A stretch of DNA of 64,000 nt from Amoebidium appalachense (GCA_963693365.1 CAVNZM010000015.1:3100001-3164000); one strand, 5' to 3'; shown: positions 1-20,634, counted from the stretch's first letter. Program-made: numbers and translations. Notes: generated by a model from the letters alone, not told the origin.

Positions 1-441
1 AGATTCTTTCACTAGTAGACATACATTAATCCTAACTAACCAACCCCCACTTTATAATCAAAATTTCATTTTCTCCCCCGGTTTCTGCGCTCGTTCTCTC
101 ACAAATGACATGGGGTTTATATTGAAAGTTGAACTTTCGGACCTTCCGGCCTCGATTGACCGACTGGATCAATTAGGGAATTTGGTCGATCTTGATCGGC
201 TGCGCACCCCCAATTTTTATTCAAAAACCCATCCCCCAAGTCTCCTTAACTTGCGTGTGACGTCTTTATTCTTTTGAATATCTGTGTTTTCACGTTAGTT
301 CTCTTTGAATGTTTGATTCCTGTTGTCTGTCACATTCTAACCCTCCCCCCCACCCACCCCCCACCTCGCCCCATCCCCCCCCAACACACACACAGACAGA
401 CAGACACACACACACATTGATGCACACACGTGCAGACACGC

Positions 442-472
<31 letters not shown>

Positions 473-518
473 TTATCACGCACACACAGGCGCGCGCGCA
501 TGCATACACACACACGCG

Positions 519-606
<88 letters not shown>

Positions 607-657
607 CGCACACGCACGCACACACACACACGCACACACACACACACACACACACAG

Positions 658-6778
<6,121 letters not shown>

Positions 6779-7401
6779 ACATAAAGGGGTGTGAAAGGTA
6801 GGAACATACCGGTAAATGACGCCTGAAGTATGACGGGACGGAGTGGAGGAGGGGGGAAAGAGAGGGGGGGGGGGGGAGAGACAACAGGCGAGGCCGAAGT
6901 CAGTTCGTAGCATGAGCAGGGTTTGAGCACAACCTGCTGTACGTGTTGGGAAACACTGCTGTATATACGTTAACGAATGCAAATAATCGTTACAGTGAAA
7001 TCGCCTGCGGGTTTGATTGGGGGATATGTATTTCGAAAAACCATTCGCTGTACAGAGTGTACACTGACGCGCATATGAACGTGATATATCGCGATTTTCT
7101 ATATCGACCGTATCGAGATCTAGCTAGATTTCATGTAAAAGTAGAATGCTTTGTATACGACATCTAATCATAAGACTAACAGCAACAATACCCGGTTACT
7201 ATATGAGCACGAAGGGGTAACAATTTGTATTATGAGTCTTTGTATCGAGACATCGAGTGGGTGTCTCACTATATCTCCATACTTCGTGTGTGTTAGCTAC
7301 ATACAGACACAAAACGCGCACACACCAACAGGTGCGGCGTGTGTGTGTGCGCGCGCACATGCACACGCACACATGCACACGCACGCACACACACACACGC
7401 G

Positions 7402-7446
<45 letters not shown>

Positions 7447-9090
7447 TCACTCGCACTTACACTTGCACACAAGTTACAACACACACGCTGCCACACAAAC
7501 AACACGCACACGAACACACACACACAGTGACTGTGTTATCTAACCCTGACTTGCACTCATTAACTGGGACGTCGAATAATCATTGCATTTCCATTTATCA
7601 TCGCTGTCTAGTGTTTGCAGTCGAGTTTCTAATCTGAAGTTTAGCTTATCATATAGTATTAGTATGCTAGCCTTATTATAAACTATAGGGGGAATATATC
7701 CATATATCGTCATATGGGTAAGCTAGGCCCATCCAGTCACTGTGTGCCCATCATTCTGGAAGTTTCTCTTCATACCCACACGATATCAGGTGCCGGGGTA
7801 TGGAGAGAAAATAAAACTGGCTCGGAAATACCAGTCCCCCCCCTCCCCCCTCCCCCCCCCCCCCCCCTCCTCCTCCTCCTCCTCCCCCCTCTCACCCCTT
7901 AAATTCCCTCCCCCGCTCCATCTCCCCAGTATCGCCACCACCACCACCCCTCCACCTCACCTCAACCCCCCAAAATCACCCCCCTCTCCCCCAACACAGA
8001 CCGTGGCAAACACACGAACAGCATACAGGACACACAATAACCAAACCAGCCTTCTTTCCTTTCCCTCCTGACCATCCAGAGCTCTCGCAAACACGTGTAT
8101 CCACCGAGTACGTGAAGGGTTCCTGTCCAAAATAAAACATACATGCGGTTTAAATTTGATTTGGCTGAGGTGAAGGGAAGGATGAGGGTATAGTTACGTG
8201 TGAACGGCGGAGTTCTGGTATTCAATATCTGCAGCCGTGACAAAAGGTGAGTACACATGGCAGACAAGAAATGGCAAAGTTTAACTTTGTTGCTCTTGAA
8301 GAATCAATTTGTATATATCATTGAATGCAGTATCTTGAGTTGTAATCATTGTGATTATTGTTATTGTGTAGTTGTAATCAGTGCAATTATTGCAATCTTG
8401 CCATGACAGAAGAACATGTCGTCGTCTGTCTCCGTTCCCTACGGGGTGGAGGGGTGGGTGCGGGAATTTCGTCAGAATTCATTTACTATACGTATGAAAA
8501 ACTTTTTTTTTTCTTTTTTTTTCTTCTTCTTTTGACTGGATTTATTCGACGGAAAGATATGCAAGTATGCACGGCATACTGAGAAGACAATAAAAACAGA
8601 TCAACCTTTAATGACGATCGTTAGAGACCCCAAGTTGATTGTGTCCCACAATCTAACAGCAGAAAAAAGTCCTTGCATTAAAAGGCAGGTTCGGCACAAA
8701 AGGGTGGGCGACCTGCCACCCGTGCAACTTGCATGCATTTATACAATGTGTGCATGCCCGTAACCGTAACTAAGTTGGTGTGAAATGGTGGTGCTATTGA
8801 CAGGTTGCCCTGTTATAATCAAAAGGCTTAAGATTTTTTTTCCTGTTTGTTGATCTCTACCTTTTCGTTATGTTGTTTCTTTTGGTTTCTGGCCTAAGGG
8901 GGCCCGTAGACCTATACAGGCATTAATCCAAAATCAGCTCCTTCCTCCCGGTATCCTCTCCGCAGGTGCATTCAGCCAAATTTACACAGTGTCACAGGTA
9001 CGCACTCACGGGGCCCACATATACACGCACACGCACGCGCACACACACACACACACACTGTGACACACGCGCGCGCACACACTCAAACAA

Positions 9091-9164
<74 letters not shown>

Positions 9165-9165
9165 T

Positions 9166-9205
<40 letters not shown>

Positions 9206-9218
9206 TGACACACACACA

Positions 9219-9271
<53 letters not shown>

Positions 9272-9504
9272 GGTCCTCGCTTTTTGGTTACATAGCCTTA
9301 TCCCCCCCCCCCCCCCCCTTTTGTTTAGCCTTGTCCCCCCCCCCCCCACCCTCCCTACCTCCCCCCCCCCCCCCCCCCTTCCCTCTCCCCCCACAGCTCC
9401 CCCAAGCAGTTTCGTCCCTCTGTGCTATAACGCGTTGTCCGGACGTCTTCAGTCATTGAAACGCGCATACACAGACACACACACACACATAAAAGCCGCT
9501 CTCA

Positions 9505-9535
<31 letters not shown>

Positions 9536-9551
9536 TCCCTCTCTCTCTCTG

Positions 9552-9671
<120 letters not shown>

Positions 9672-10296
9672 CCAGGCACACGTGCAGAGTTACACACACA
9701 CCGTGACACGTACATACACAACTTAGTACAGTTTTTATTATGTGGTTGAATATCAAGTAATTCAGTATTGAATATAGTAAGTCTGATGCAACTTGTATAG
9801 AAGAATATGGCTAGCTCTGTTCCCTTTAATGATGGGGACATGTACACGTATGGTTCTGAAATATAAGTGGCCGTTTTTAAACGTCTAAGTTGTCGCCGGC
9901 ACAAACTATAGGAGTACGATGGTTACAGGGCACATTAATCCTTGCCCTGTCCCACAATCAAGTGGCAGGAAGTACCCCCGACAGTTCTGGCCAGGCTGGG
10001 CACACTTGGGTGGGTGACCTGCCCTATCAACGTGTGATTTGCATACATCTACATGCATGCAGGTCACAGGCCCACCATGACGAGCAAGGGTTGCCCATTA
10101 TGCACTTGCCAAAGCTCTTTATCTGTGTATCTGCGTAAAGTTGTTCTTAGTGAATCCCTTGTTTTCAGAGGCTTTGTGTTTATGTACCTGTTTGTTTCTT
10201 AGGCATCTTGTAACCCAATGCATTCAGCGGGCACTGCTCAAACCACTAAATATTCTACAGGCTGAACCAAGTGAGAGCGGCCCCTTCCCCCCCCCC

Positions 10297-10332
<36 letters not shown>

Positions 10333-10416
10333 CCCCCCCCCCCCCCCCTCTCCCCCCGCCCCCCTGCCCTTTGCCCCCCCTAGGAAAACGTAACCAAACC
10401 CTCACATACACAAAGG

Positions 10417-10466
<50 letters not shown>

Positions 10467-10724
10467 TGCGGGTGTGTACGCACACAAGACCCTCGAAGCT
10501 CAGTACAGTCCAAGTTTAGGGCTCTTTCAGTTACTGTAGCCTTATGCTCCCCCCCCCCCCCCCCCCCCCCTCCCCCCCTCACCCCCCCACCCCCCAACCC
10601 ACTCCTTCCTCGCCCCAACAAAAAAGCAGGTTAGCCCCTCTTTGCTAACCTGGTCCGAGCATTGTGGTGTAAATACCCTCACACCCATACACGCACACAC
10701 ACGTGTACACGCACACGCACATGC

Positions 10725-10804
<80 letters not shown>

Positions 10805-10819
10805 ACACACACGCGCGCG

Positions 10820-10856
<37 letters not shown>

Positions 10857-13102
10857 GCACGCACGCACACACACACACACACACACACTCACACACACTC
10901 ACTCACACACACTATCACCAACCTAGCCGTGTTCTCTTGTCCTCCCAGTTGGTCCCTACTTTGAAATTCCCGATTCACACACACACACACACAACATGTA
11001 TATGCTGGTTATTTGAAGGGACTCCTGTACATGTGGCCGAATCAAGACACACTTGATGGTTAGAGAGAGCCTGGGTGGATGGAAGAAGTAGGGTAAAACG
11101 GCGGAGTTCTGGTATTTTGTGATGCAGAGGTGACTAGTACTGAATCAACTTGCATCCAGGTATGTGATTTATTAATATTTAAGTTCCATTATTTTGATTG
11201 TAATTGCGGTGCAAGAAAGGCTTATTTTCGTTCCTTAGGGTAATAATGGGAGCATGTATGGCTTTGCACATGGTCATCATCGGAGTGGCCATCTTGCGAA
11301 TCAAATATGATGTTTGGTCCTCATTGTAACAACAGAAGTGCAATAGTTACCAGGTTTTTAATATTATGGGGGTGACTGAAATCAAGATAACTTGGAATGA
11401 AGATAGTTAGCTCTTTTTACAGGTTTTAGCCCCTGAAAAGACTGGTGGATTCTTAAGAGGGGAGAGAGGGACACGGAGGGGGGCACGGAAGGGGAGCCTC
11501 GGAGAGTTGGTGCCATGATTTGTGCCCCCAGGGTAATCCCCGCCCCTCCCCCCCTCCCCCCTCCCCCAGGCTTAATCTCGTATAAAAGGTGGCATGATCA
11601 TGTATCGGTTTCCTAACGGTGATGGGTGCGCATTTGGAGAGGTGATAAATTGGCCCGACAAAGAGCGGTATGTATAATGATTATGTTAACGTTGTCCGCT
11701 GTGATGGTGCACATGGTGAGGTCCTGCATGACGCTCTCCGGCCATCTAACTGTGCATGGGGCACAAACCAAATAATCTGTTTGACATTTGGTGCATCATG
11801 GGGCTAATCCGTGATGAAGGTGCTAAAGAAAGAGTTGGTGTCGACTTGTAGCAGGCTGATAGTGAGGAGGAACTTGAAGAGGGATACGAGTGAGCTTTAA
11901 AAACCTTTGCTAGTACCATGTTTACCACTCAAGTTGTGTTCCCCTCTCGCACGCGTGCGCAGGCACACACACACACACATACACACTCACACTCTCACAC
12001 ATGACCGGTACTGTGCACGACACGGACGCGCGCACACACACACACGCACTCTCTCTCCCCCTCGCTCCATCAGTACACACACACACACACACACACACAC
12101 CGTGACACATACACACTGTGTCGCACACACACGCGCGCGCTCGCATATACACACACGCGGGTCTCATAGGTGCACGTGTGCATGCAAACTTCAAAACATG
12201 TGATTGATATTGGCTGGTTGTTTATGATGTGTGTTTCAAATGCATGCCCTAGCATTTTTGGTCTCGTTATGGTAATGTTTGATTGAGTTCAAACAATAGT
12301 TTTGTGCATGACACTATGTGAATTTTTTTTAAAAGTTTGAACAACGTTGCATGGCACTATGTAAATAAAAGTTTATATAATTGGCATCCCCGGGCCACTT
12401 CCCCCCCCCCCCCCCCCCGTCCCTCCCCCCCCTCCCCCCCCCCCCCCCCCCCCCCCCCCTCCTCCCCCTGTCCACCCACGGAGGCAAAAAATGGCATGTT
12501 AAAAACTCAGATAATGAATGCCACTACTCCCGAAATAAGTTAAGATAAATACCCCCAATTGTTAAAGTACTAGTGATCTTAATTTCAGTCACCCTTTGTA
12601 GAGCCGCATTTTCGTCGCACAATCGTACCGTAGGAATTACCTTCTCCCCATTGAGCCAGGCTAGGTACATTCGGGTGGGTGACCTGCCGATCTGACAAGC
12701 ATGCATGCATTCACTTGTGTGCAACTTTGAATAGCTGTTCGGTGCGCCGTGGTGCTGTTGAAAGGTCGCCCATCACAGAACCGCCAAGGTTTTCCCCTCA
12801 TATTTTGTTTTTCTTCCTTCATCCGCTGGTTTATTTGCTGGTTTTTCTTTCTAATCGATATCTGGAAAATCCACAGCCTTTTTTTTTCTTTCTTTGTGAT
12901 CTTGGGAAATCCGTAACCCAAACAGGCAGAACTGTGTAATACTCATTGTTTTCTTTCAATGCCAAGGGGCCCTGCCCCCCTCCCCCCCCTCTTATCTGCT
13001 CTCCTCCCCTCCCGCCAGGAATATGCACACTGGCAGGCACATACTCTATCCCCAGCCCTTCCCTTCCCCCCCTCCCCCCCCTACACACACACACACACAC
13101 GT

Positions 13103-13307
<205 letters not shown>

Positions 13308-13661
13308 ACCACCACCACCACCTTAGGCTACCACCCCGCCCGCCCGTCCGAAAAAAACCAAAAACCGGGTCGCATTGTGTTTACGGAAAGGGGAAAAGCC
13401 AGTAGATACTTTGTCTCCATTCTCTGCAACAAACTAGTTTGAGTATCAGTTTGTATCTGCCCATCCCCCTCGCCCCCTCCTCTCCCACCAACCCCCTTAC
13501 CCCCCAACAAACAAACAAACAAAACAAAAAAAAAAAAAGAGCAAACAAAAAAAAAAGAAAGAAAACGGATAGAAATTAAGGGTAAAAAAAAGGGTGGGCA
13601 AAAATCAATGAAAGAAATAAACCAACAAAGAAAGAAAAAACCCACCCCCCAAAAAATGCAA

Positions 13662-13721
<60 letters not shown>

Positions 13722-14538
13722 GTGACACACACACACACCTCTGGCCCTTTCGACCATCTTCGTTCCTCACACACACACACACATGTATACACCGATTGCG
13801 GGAAGAGGGCCATGTGGTCCGGAATCAAAATACACCTGTGGTTTGATCGGGCTGAAATGTGGAGCAAAGAGTGAGGGTTGGGACGTGTGAACTGTGGAGT
13901 TCTGACGTTATAGTGCAATGCAGCCGTGATCTCCGTGATGAGAGGTGAATGCACCTGGCAGAATAAGGTAACTTACGGTTATGTGTTATCATAGCTATAT
14001 TTGCCACTATGTGAATTGATTCATGCAGTATCTGATAATAACTATTCACAGTGAAAGATGAATACATTTATCTCCATTCCCTATAGATGATGATGAGTAC
14101 AATCGCCATGTTTTGATTAGATGTAATCTCGAATCAAAAAGAAAAAAAAACCGATCACAAACTAGAGTTCTGAAGTACAAGGGTTGCAGGGAACTTCCTC
14201 TTTGCTGCTTTGCCCCACAATCAAACAACTGGAAGTACCTCCTACCATTACAGCAGGGGATGGGCACACTTTGGTGGGTGACCTGCCTACAGTGTAACTT
14301 GCATGCATGTAAATGTGTACAAGGGTTCTTGATGAAGTGCCGTGCCACGGTGCGGATAAATTTGGAGGTAAATCACTAATAATTGCTGAAGTTTCTTTCC
14401 ATTTGCTTTCTTTTCTCTTTTTTCCCTTGATTTCGTTTGTTGTTGTTTTTGGCTCTTTAGGCTCCCAGGAATATTGGAAAATATTCACGTAGCACCACTC
14501 AAAACAATTGCCAAGTTTGAATTTCCTTCTATACCAAG

Positions 14539-14575
<37 letters not shown>

Positions 14576-14593
14576 CCCACCCACCCCTCCCAG

Positions 14594-14652
<59 letters not shown>

Positions 14653-14665
14653 TGACACACACACA

Positions 14666-14732
<67 letters not shown>

Positions 14733-15315
14733 GCACACACACACACACACAAACACAAAACCAGCCTAATTCTCTTGCTCTCCCGACCTTCCGAATTCCT
14801 CCCATACACACGTATGAATACACTGTCAGGCACATCATTGGAGTCATGTGCCAGGGTAAAAATAAATTACGCTTGTGGTTTGATTAGTCTGAGGTTGGAG
14901 AAACGAGTGAGGTGGAGTCTAGGATCCTCTGCTCCTAGAGGGATCAAAAATGGGGGGTGAAGGGGGGGTGGGGGGGATGAGGAGAGTAAGCGGGGGTTTC
15001 ATTCCAAGAGAGGGGAGGAGGGAGGGGAGGAGGATTCTAGAGGGACCAAAACGTTGTAACGGTGAGGAAAAGGGGAACGCGGGGCGGGAGGAGGGGGGGG
15101 GGGGGGGGGGAGGGGGGATGTAGATTGCACATGTGGTTGCTTGCTGCAGAGGCCAGCAACATGAGGACAGGGTTAGGCTCTGGCCTGTCGTGTAACATCG
15201 GGGGGTGGGGGGGGGGGGGGGGGGGGGGGGGAAGGGCAGGAGGGGCATGGATGGGGGAGTGGAGGAAGGGAGAAACTTTCGAAAACTTTAAGGTGGGGGG
15301 GGGGAAGCAAGGAAG

Positions 15316-15408
<93 letters not shown>

Positions 15409-15943
15409 AAGTTAGCCCAAACAGGCAGGGGCACTCCGATGCATTACTATCCTTCTATACAACTGAACCTCCCCCCCCATCCCCCCCCTTCCCCCCGGCA
15501 ATCCCTCCCCTTCCCCCTTCCCGCCCTGAAAGTTTACCACCCATACAACCCACACAGTCACAGTAACGCCCGCCCACAAGAGCGCACACACGTGCGCACC
15601 ATGGCACACACACACGTGTGCGGGCCCACACACATGCACACTGACACACACACACAAACACTCGCTCACACACTCGTGCCCGCGTACACACGCGATTACA
15701 CACATTCAAACGAACAAACATCGTGGAACAATTGCAAATTCTTGATTCAAACACACACACACATGTTCAAACTAATATAGTGTCATTATGTGGTTGAATT
15801 GCAAGTAATATAGAAACGGGTTTTAGTCCTTGTGCAAGTTCCCTATCATGGTGATGATGGGTGCCCGTATTGTTTTGAAATATGAGTGGCATTCTGCAAA
15901 TCAAATATCGATGATCAATAACATTCCAGATTACCGAAGTACG

Positions 15944-16141
15944 ATGGGGGTTTACGCTGTTTACTCGAGGCAAAGAGAACCAGTCTCAGGTATGGGGGGG
16001 GGGGTTTTGCTCGGAATATCCCCTCAGCGGTATATCATGATCACGTACATAGATGTCGGGTGGTGACTATATATCAGGGTTTACTTTCTCTACGAGACAC
16101 CATAAAGACTACAAGGAGAAATCAATTAGTTGGGGTTCCCC

Positions 16142-16184
<43 letters not shown>

Positions 16185-16216
16185 GGGCTCCCCTCGGGAC
16201 ACTCGGTATCAGCTGG

Positions 16217-16283
<67 letters not shown>

Positions 16284-18879
16284 TGCGCTATAATTTTGTA
16301 GTGATGTGTTTCTCAAGCCAATCAATACATCTAATAAACAGGTCGTAGTTACGCGTGTTTAGTATAAAATCAAGGATGTTGTAATTTACAGGTAGGCTAT
16401 CTTTCTGGGTGTCTGTTGTGAATGTGACGTGTGTGTGTTGCGGTATTATGTGGTCTATCAAACTACATTTGGCGATACATGACCGGTTAAACTGGTGTGT
16501 GTGTGTGTTGTTTGGGCATGCAAATGATGCCACCTTATACTTATTAGATCTCCACTGTATAGCACGTGTACAGTAAAAGCGTGGTAATTGATCAATAATA
16601 CCATCAGCTAGAGAAAGACCAGTTCTACAGGAAGGTAATATGTATTTAGGTGTTATACACTTGCGAGTGCCATATTTGGCAATATGGTTGAGGCGGTCAG
16701 TATATATAAAACGAGACATAAGGCTTAGTTTTTCAAGGTGTATGCTTTCATCGGGTCTAGTGTCGTGTGGTATCTTTTTCCATTTGTTATATTGCGTGAT
16801 TATCTTGTGATTGTGTACATGTTTAATAAGTAAGTGGCAGTCCAAAGTCACACACACACTATTGCGGGGTTTATTTGTATTTGTGCCCAGGGGAGAAGGG
16901 GAGAGAGAGGGGAGGAAAGAGGGGAGAGGTGAGGAGGGGACAGGTCGGATAGAGAAGAGAGGGTGGGAGGGCAAATACTTCTTTAAGCGGCTTATGTGCT
17001 TATTGAATTTCAGCGCGAGATAGGATACTCTAGCAGCTATTGGGACCAGACCATATATCGAGAGCGTTACAGGCCCAGGTTTACAACAGTTGTTAGATAG
17101 AAAGGAGGCAACTTCTGCTTCAAGGAAATTTGCCAAGGGTTTAAGCGCTCTAGTTCTCTCTTTCTTGATCCAAGCGGCGAGAAGGGGTAAACCATATTCA
17201 CATGCCGGGAAGACAAAAGTGCGAATAAATGTAAGTCTAATAGAAGGATGGAGGGGTGTGTCTTTAAAAATATTAGCCGAGAAGAAAGCTAACCGCTTAC
17301 GAGCCAACTCTACCCTCTTTTCGACCATATGGGGAAACATAACACCAACAGAATCAACCGGAACACCAAGATATTTGTATTCTGGAACTATAGGTACAGG
17401 TTTAGATGATAATGTAAATGTGTGTAAATTGTTAGCTATATCAGGTACAAGAACACCACATTTGTCTATGTTAAGGATCATAAGGTTTGCCTTGCACCAC
17501 TCTGACACTACATCGAACAATCTTTGCAGGCGTCTAGGGGTACGGGCAAGGAGGGACAGATCATCAGCATAGAGAAGTGCAGGCGGAAAGTTATTAATAG
17601 GGTCATCGTTTTCGGCGTAAATCTTGACAGCCAAATCATCTATAAATAGGTTAAACAAAAAGGGGCTAAGCAATGAACCCTGCAAGAGACCTCTAGTACG
17701 AGCAAAACCATATGAAAGATGCCCATTAACCACAGCTCTACCATAGGTTTGAGACAAGAGTGCTTCTAACAGAACACCAATGCAGTGTGGTACACCCCGT
17801 GCAGCAAGCTTTTCCCATAGGAGACCAGGGGAGACAGAATCGTAAGCAGTTTTCCAATCAATAAAACCAACATATTGTGCACCAACTTGCATAGAATCGT
17901 GCAGTGCCATTATTTGAACATAACATGAATTGTTTTTACGAAAAGCGGATTGGCATGGGTGTATGTGAAGAATAGATTGAAAGCTAGGGTGATGTGCAAA
18001 TAACCTAAGTAAGCAAGCTTCAAAGAATCTACGAACAACCTGGGTTAGTGTAATGGGGCGAAAGGATGATATGGGGCCCTCAGAGTCCTTCTTAACTATG
18101 GGGATCACTAAGGTATCTAACCAAGATGACGGGACATGTCCACATTTAACACACCAAGAAAAGAGAGAGCTTAACATGATAGTAAGATCAGGTTTAATAG
18201 CACGATCACTTTCCTTTTGTGGGTAGGAGGGAACAAGGATTTTAAGAAACCCAGCAGGGAGTCCATCAGGTCCACAAGACTTACTAGAGCTATAACTAGA
18301 TATCACAGACCATATGGCTTCGGGACTGAAAAAGGGGAGGATCGATTCTATGGGGATAGATGGGTCTACAGGCCACACAATAGGTTTCTGAGCGGGGGTC
18401 CTATCTTTAAACAGTTCCGAGAAATACTTATCAGAGTCTATGAGGGGGTCTCCAGTGGTATCACCAATAATACGAGCAGGGGGGCCAAATCGATTCATAC
18501 TAGCAAGCCGGCGCAAGCTTTCCTTTTGAGACAGGGGTTCACCTAGTCTAGCGGGAGTGGTGTTTGGTAACAAGAGAGCATCGGGGTATTCCTTCCTACC
18601 ACCGCCAGCATAATCACCGAGATCTATCAAATCATCAACAATAAAGTTAGTGCATGTATCTAGTACGAGATGTGAATCTGGCCTGGCTTGTGCAGATTCT
18701 AATAGGCGCATATATATAGGGTGTTTCGTAGCATAGCATACACATACATCAACTCTACCCCACTGTGACTTAAGCTGGGATAGACGGAGGCGAAAGGTAA
18801 ACTTTTAACCAATAGTGTTTCTCAGGGTATAAGAATCGGACCTACATCTACACACTTCGATCCTGCAATTTATACACTA
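15944..18879 (-). mobile_element. Non-LTR retrotransposon (LINE-type), copy 1, apparently 5'-truncated
   Basis: Contains an RT ORF followed by a (CA)n tract, an A-tract and a ~200-bp 3' segment. Nearly identical to copy 2. Interrupts an array unit: the flank agtacgatgg matches the uninterrupted unit at ~9913. Confidence 0.9.
16288..18711 (-). CDS. Non-LTR reverse transcriptase, 807 aa, no endonuclease domain visible
   Basis: LINE RT motifs KSCGPDGL, IPIVKK, FRPITL, QSAFR, FIDWKTAYDSV, GLLQGSLLSPFLFNLFIDDL, LYADDL, KCG and YKYLGV. Cys/His-containing C-terminus (CPNN...HQFNRSCIAKC). Intronless. Confidence 0.95.
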   Translation of the reverse strand: MRLLESAQARPDSHLVLDTCTNFIVDDLIDLGDYAGGGRKEYPDALLLPNTTPARLGEPLSQKESLRRLASMNRFGPPARIIGDTTGDPLIDSDKYFSELFKDRTPAQKPIVWPVDPSIPIESILPFFSPEAIWSVISSYSSSKSCGPDGLPAGFLKILVPSYPQKESDRAIKPDLTIMLSSLFSWCVKCGHVPSSWLDTLVIPIVKKDSEGPISSFRPITLTQVVRRFFEACLLRLFAHHPSFQSILHIHPCQSAFRKNNSCYVQIMALHDSMQVGAQYVGFIDWKTAYDSVSPGLLWEKLAARGVPHCIGVLLEALLSQTYGRAVVNGHLSYGFARTRGLLQGSLLSPFLFNLFIDDLAVKIYAENDDPINNFPPALLYADDLSLLARTPRRLQRLFDVVSEWCKANLMILNIDKCGVLVPDIANNLHTFTLSSKPVPIVPEYKYLGVPVDSVGVMFPHMVEKRVELARKRLAFFSANIFKDTPLHPSIRLTFIRTFVFPACEYGLPLLAAWIKKERTRALKPLANFLEAEVASFLSNNCCKPGPVTLSIYGLVPIAARVSYLALKFNKHISRLKKYLPSHPLFSIRPVPSSPLPSFLPSLSPSPLGTNTNKPRNSVCVTLDCHLLIKHVHNHKIITQYNKWKKIPHDTRPDESIHLEKLSLMSRFIYTDRLNHIAKYGTRKCITPKYILPSCRTGLSLADGIIDQLPRFYCTRAIQWRSNKYKVASFACPNNTHTHQFNRSCIAKCSLIDHIIPQHTHVTFTTDTQKDSLPVNYNILDFILNTRNYDLFIRCIDWLEKHITTKL

Positions 18880-19074
18880 ATGGGGTTTACGCTGTTTACT
18901 CGAGGCAAAGAGAACCAGTCTCAGGTATGGGGGGGGGTTTTGCTCGGAATATCCCCTCAGCGGTATATCATGATCACGTACATAGATGTCGGGTGGTGAC
19001 TATATATCAGGGTTTACTTTCTCTACGAGACACCATAAAGACTACAAGGAGAAATCAATTAGTTGGGGTTCCCC

Positions 19075-19121
<47 letters not shown>

Positions 19122-19154
19122 GGGCTCCCCCTCGGGACACTCGGTATCAGCTGG

Positions 19155-19227
<73 letters not shown>

Positions 19228-20618
19228 TGCGCTATAATTTTGTAGTGATGTGTTTCTCAAGCCAATCAATACATCTAATAAACAGGTCGTAGTTACGCGT
19301 GTTTAGTATAAAATCAAGGATGTTGTAATTTACAGGTAGGCTATCTTTCTGGGTGTCTGTTGTGAATGTGACGTGTGTGTGTTGCGGTATTATGTGGTCT
19401 ATCAAACTACATTTGGCGATACATGACCGGTTAAACTGGTGTGTGTGTGTGTTGTTTGGGCATGCAAATGATGCCACCTTATACTTATTAGATCTCCACT
19501 GTATAGCACGTGTACAGTAAAAGCGTGGTAATTGATCAATAATACCATCAGCTAGAGAAAGACCAGTTCTACAGGAAGGTAATATGTATTTAGGTGTTAT
19601 ACACTTGCGAGTGCCATATTTGGCAATATGGTTGAGGCGGTCAGTATATATAAAACGAGACATAAGGCTTAGTTTTTCAAGGTGTATGCTTTCATCGGGT
19701 CTAGTGTCGTGTGGTATCTTTTTCCATTTGTTATATTGCGTGGTTATCTTGTGATTGTGTACATGTTTAATAAGTAAGTGGCAGTCCAAAGTCACACACA
19801 CACTATTGCGGGGTTTATTTGTATTTGTGCCCAGGGGAGAAGGGGAGAGAGAGGGGAGGAAAGAGGGGAGAGGTGAGGAGGGGACAGGTCGGATAGAGAA
19901 GAGAGGGTGGGAGGGCAAATACTTCTTTAAGCGGCTTATGTGCTTATTGAATTTCAGCGCGAGATAGGATACTCTAGCAGCTATTGGGACCAGACCATAT
20001 ATCGAGAGCGTTACAGGCCCAGGTTTACAACAGTTGTTAGATAGAAAGGAGGCAACTTCTGCTTCAAGGAAATTTGCCAAGGGTTTAAGCGCTCTAGTTC
20101 TCTCTTTCTTGATCCAAGCGGCGAGAAGGGGTAAACCATATTCACATGCCGGGAAGACAAAAGTGCGAATAAATGTAAGTCTAATAGAAGGATGGAGGGG
20201 TGTGTCTTTAAAAATATTAGCCGAGAAGAAAGCTAACCGCTTACGAGCCAACTCTACCCTCTTTTCGACCATATGGGGAAACATAACACCAACAGAATCA
20301 ACCGGAACACCAAGATATTTGTATTCTGGAACTATAGGTACAGGTTTAGATGATAATGTAAATGTGTGTAAATTGTTAGCTATATCAGGTACAAGAACAC
20401 CACATTTGTCTATGTTAAGGATCATAAGGTTTGCCTTGCACCACTCTGACACTACATCGAACAATCTTTGCAGGCGTCTAGGGGTACGGGCAAGGAGGGA
20501 CAGATCATCAGCATAGAGAAGTGCAGGCGGAAAGTTATTAATAGGGTCATCGTTTTCGGCGTAAATCTTGACAGCCAAATCATCTATAAATAGGTTAAAC
20601 AAAAAGGGGCTAAGCAAT
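18880..20618 (-). mobile_element. Non-LTR retrotransposon copy 2, 5'-truncated within the RT, head-to-tail with copy 1
   Basis: Matches ~15944-17674 apart from homopolymer/microsatellite lengths and one visible coding change (KIITQ vs KITTQ). Identity stops at LLSPFLFNL, just after the QG motif. Confidence 0.9.
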
Positions 20619-20634
20619 CGGTAAATGCAATCTA

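Noticed and set aside
15944-16142. Telomeric repeats (GGGTTTAC)
   Set aside because: Only two or three scattered instances are present, not a tandem array.
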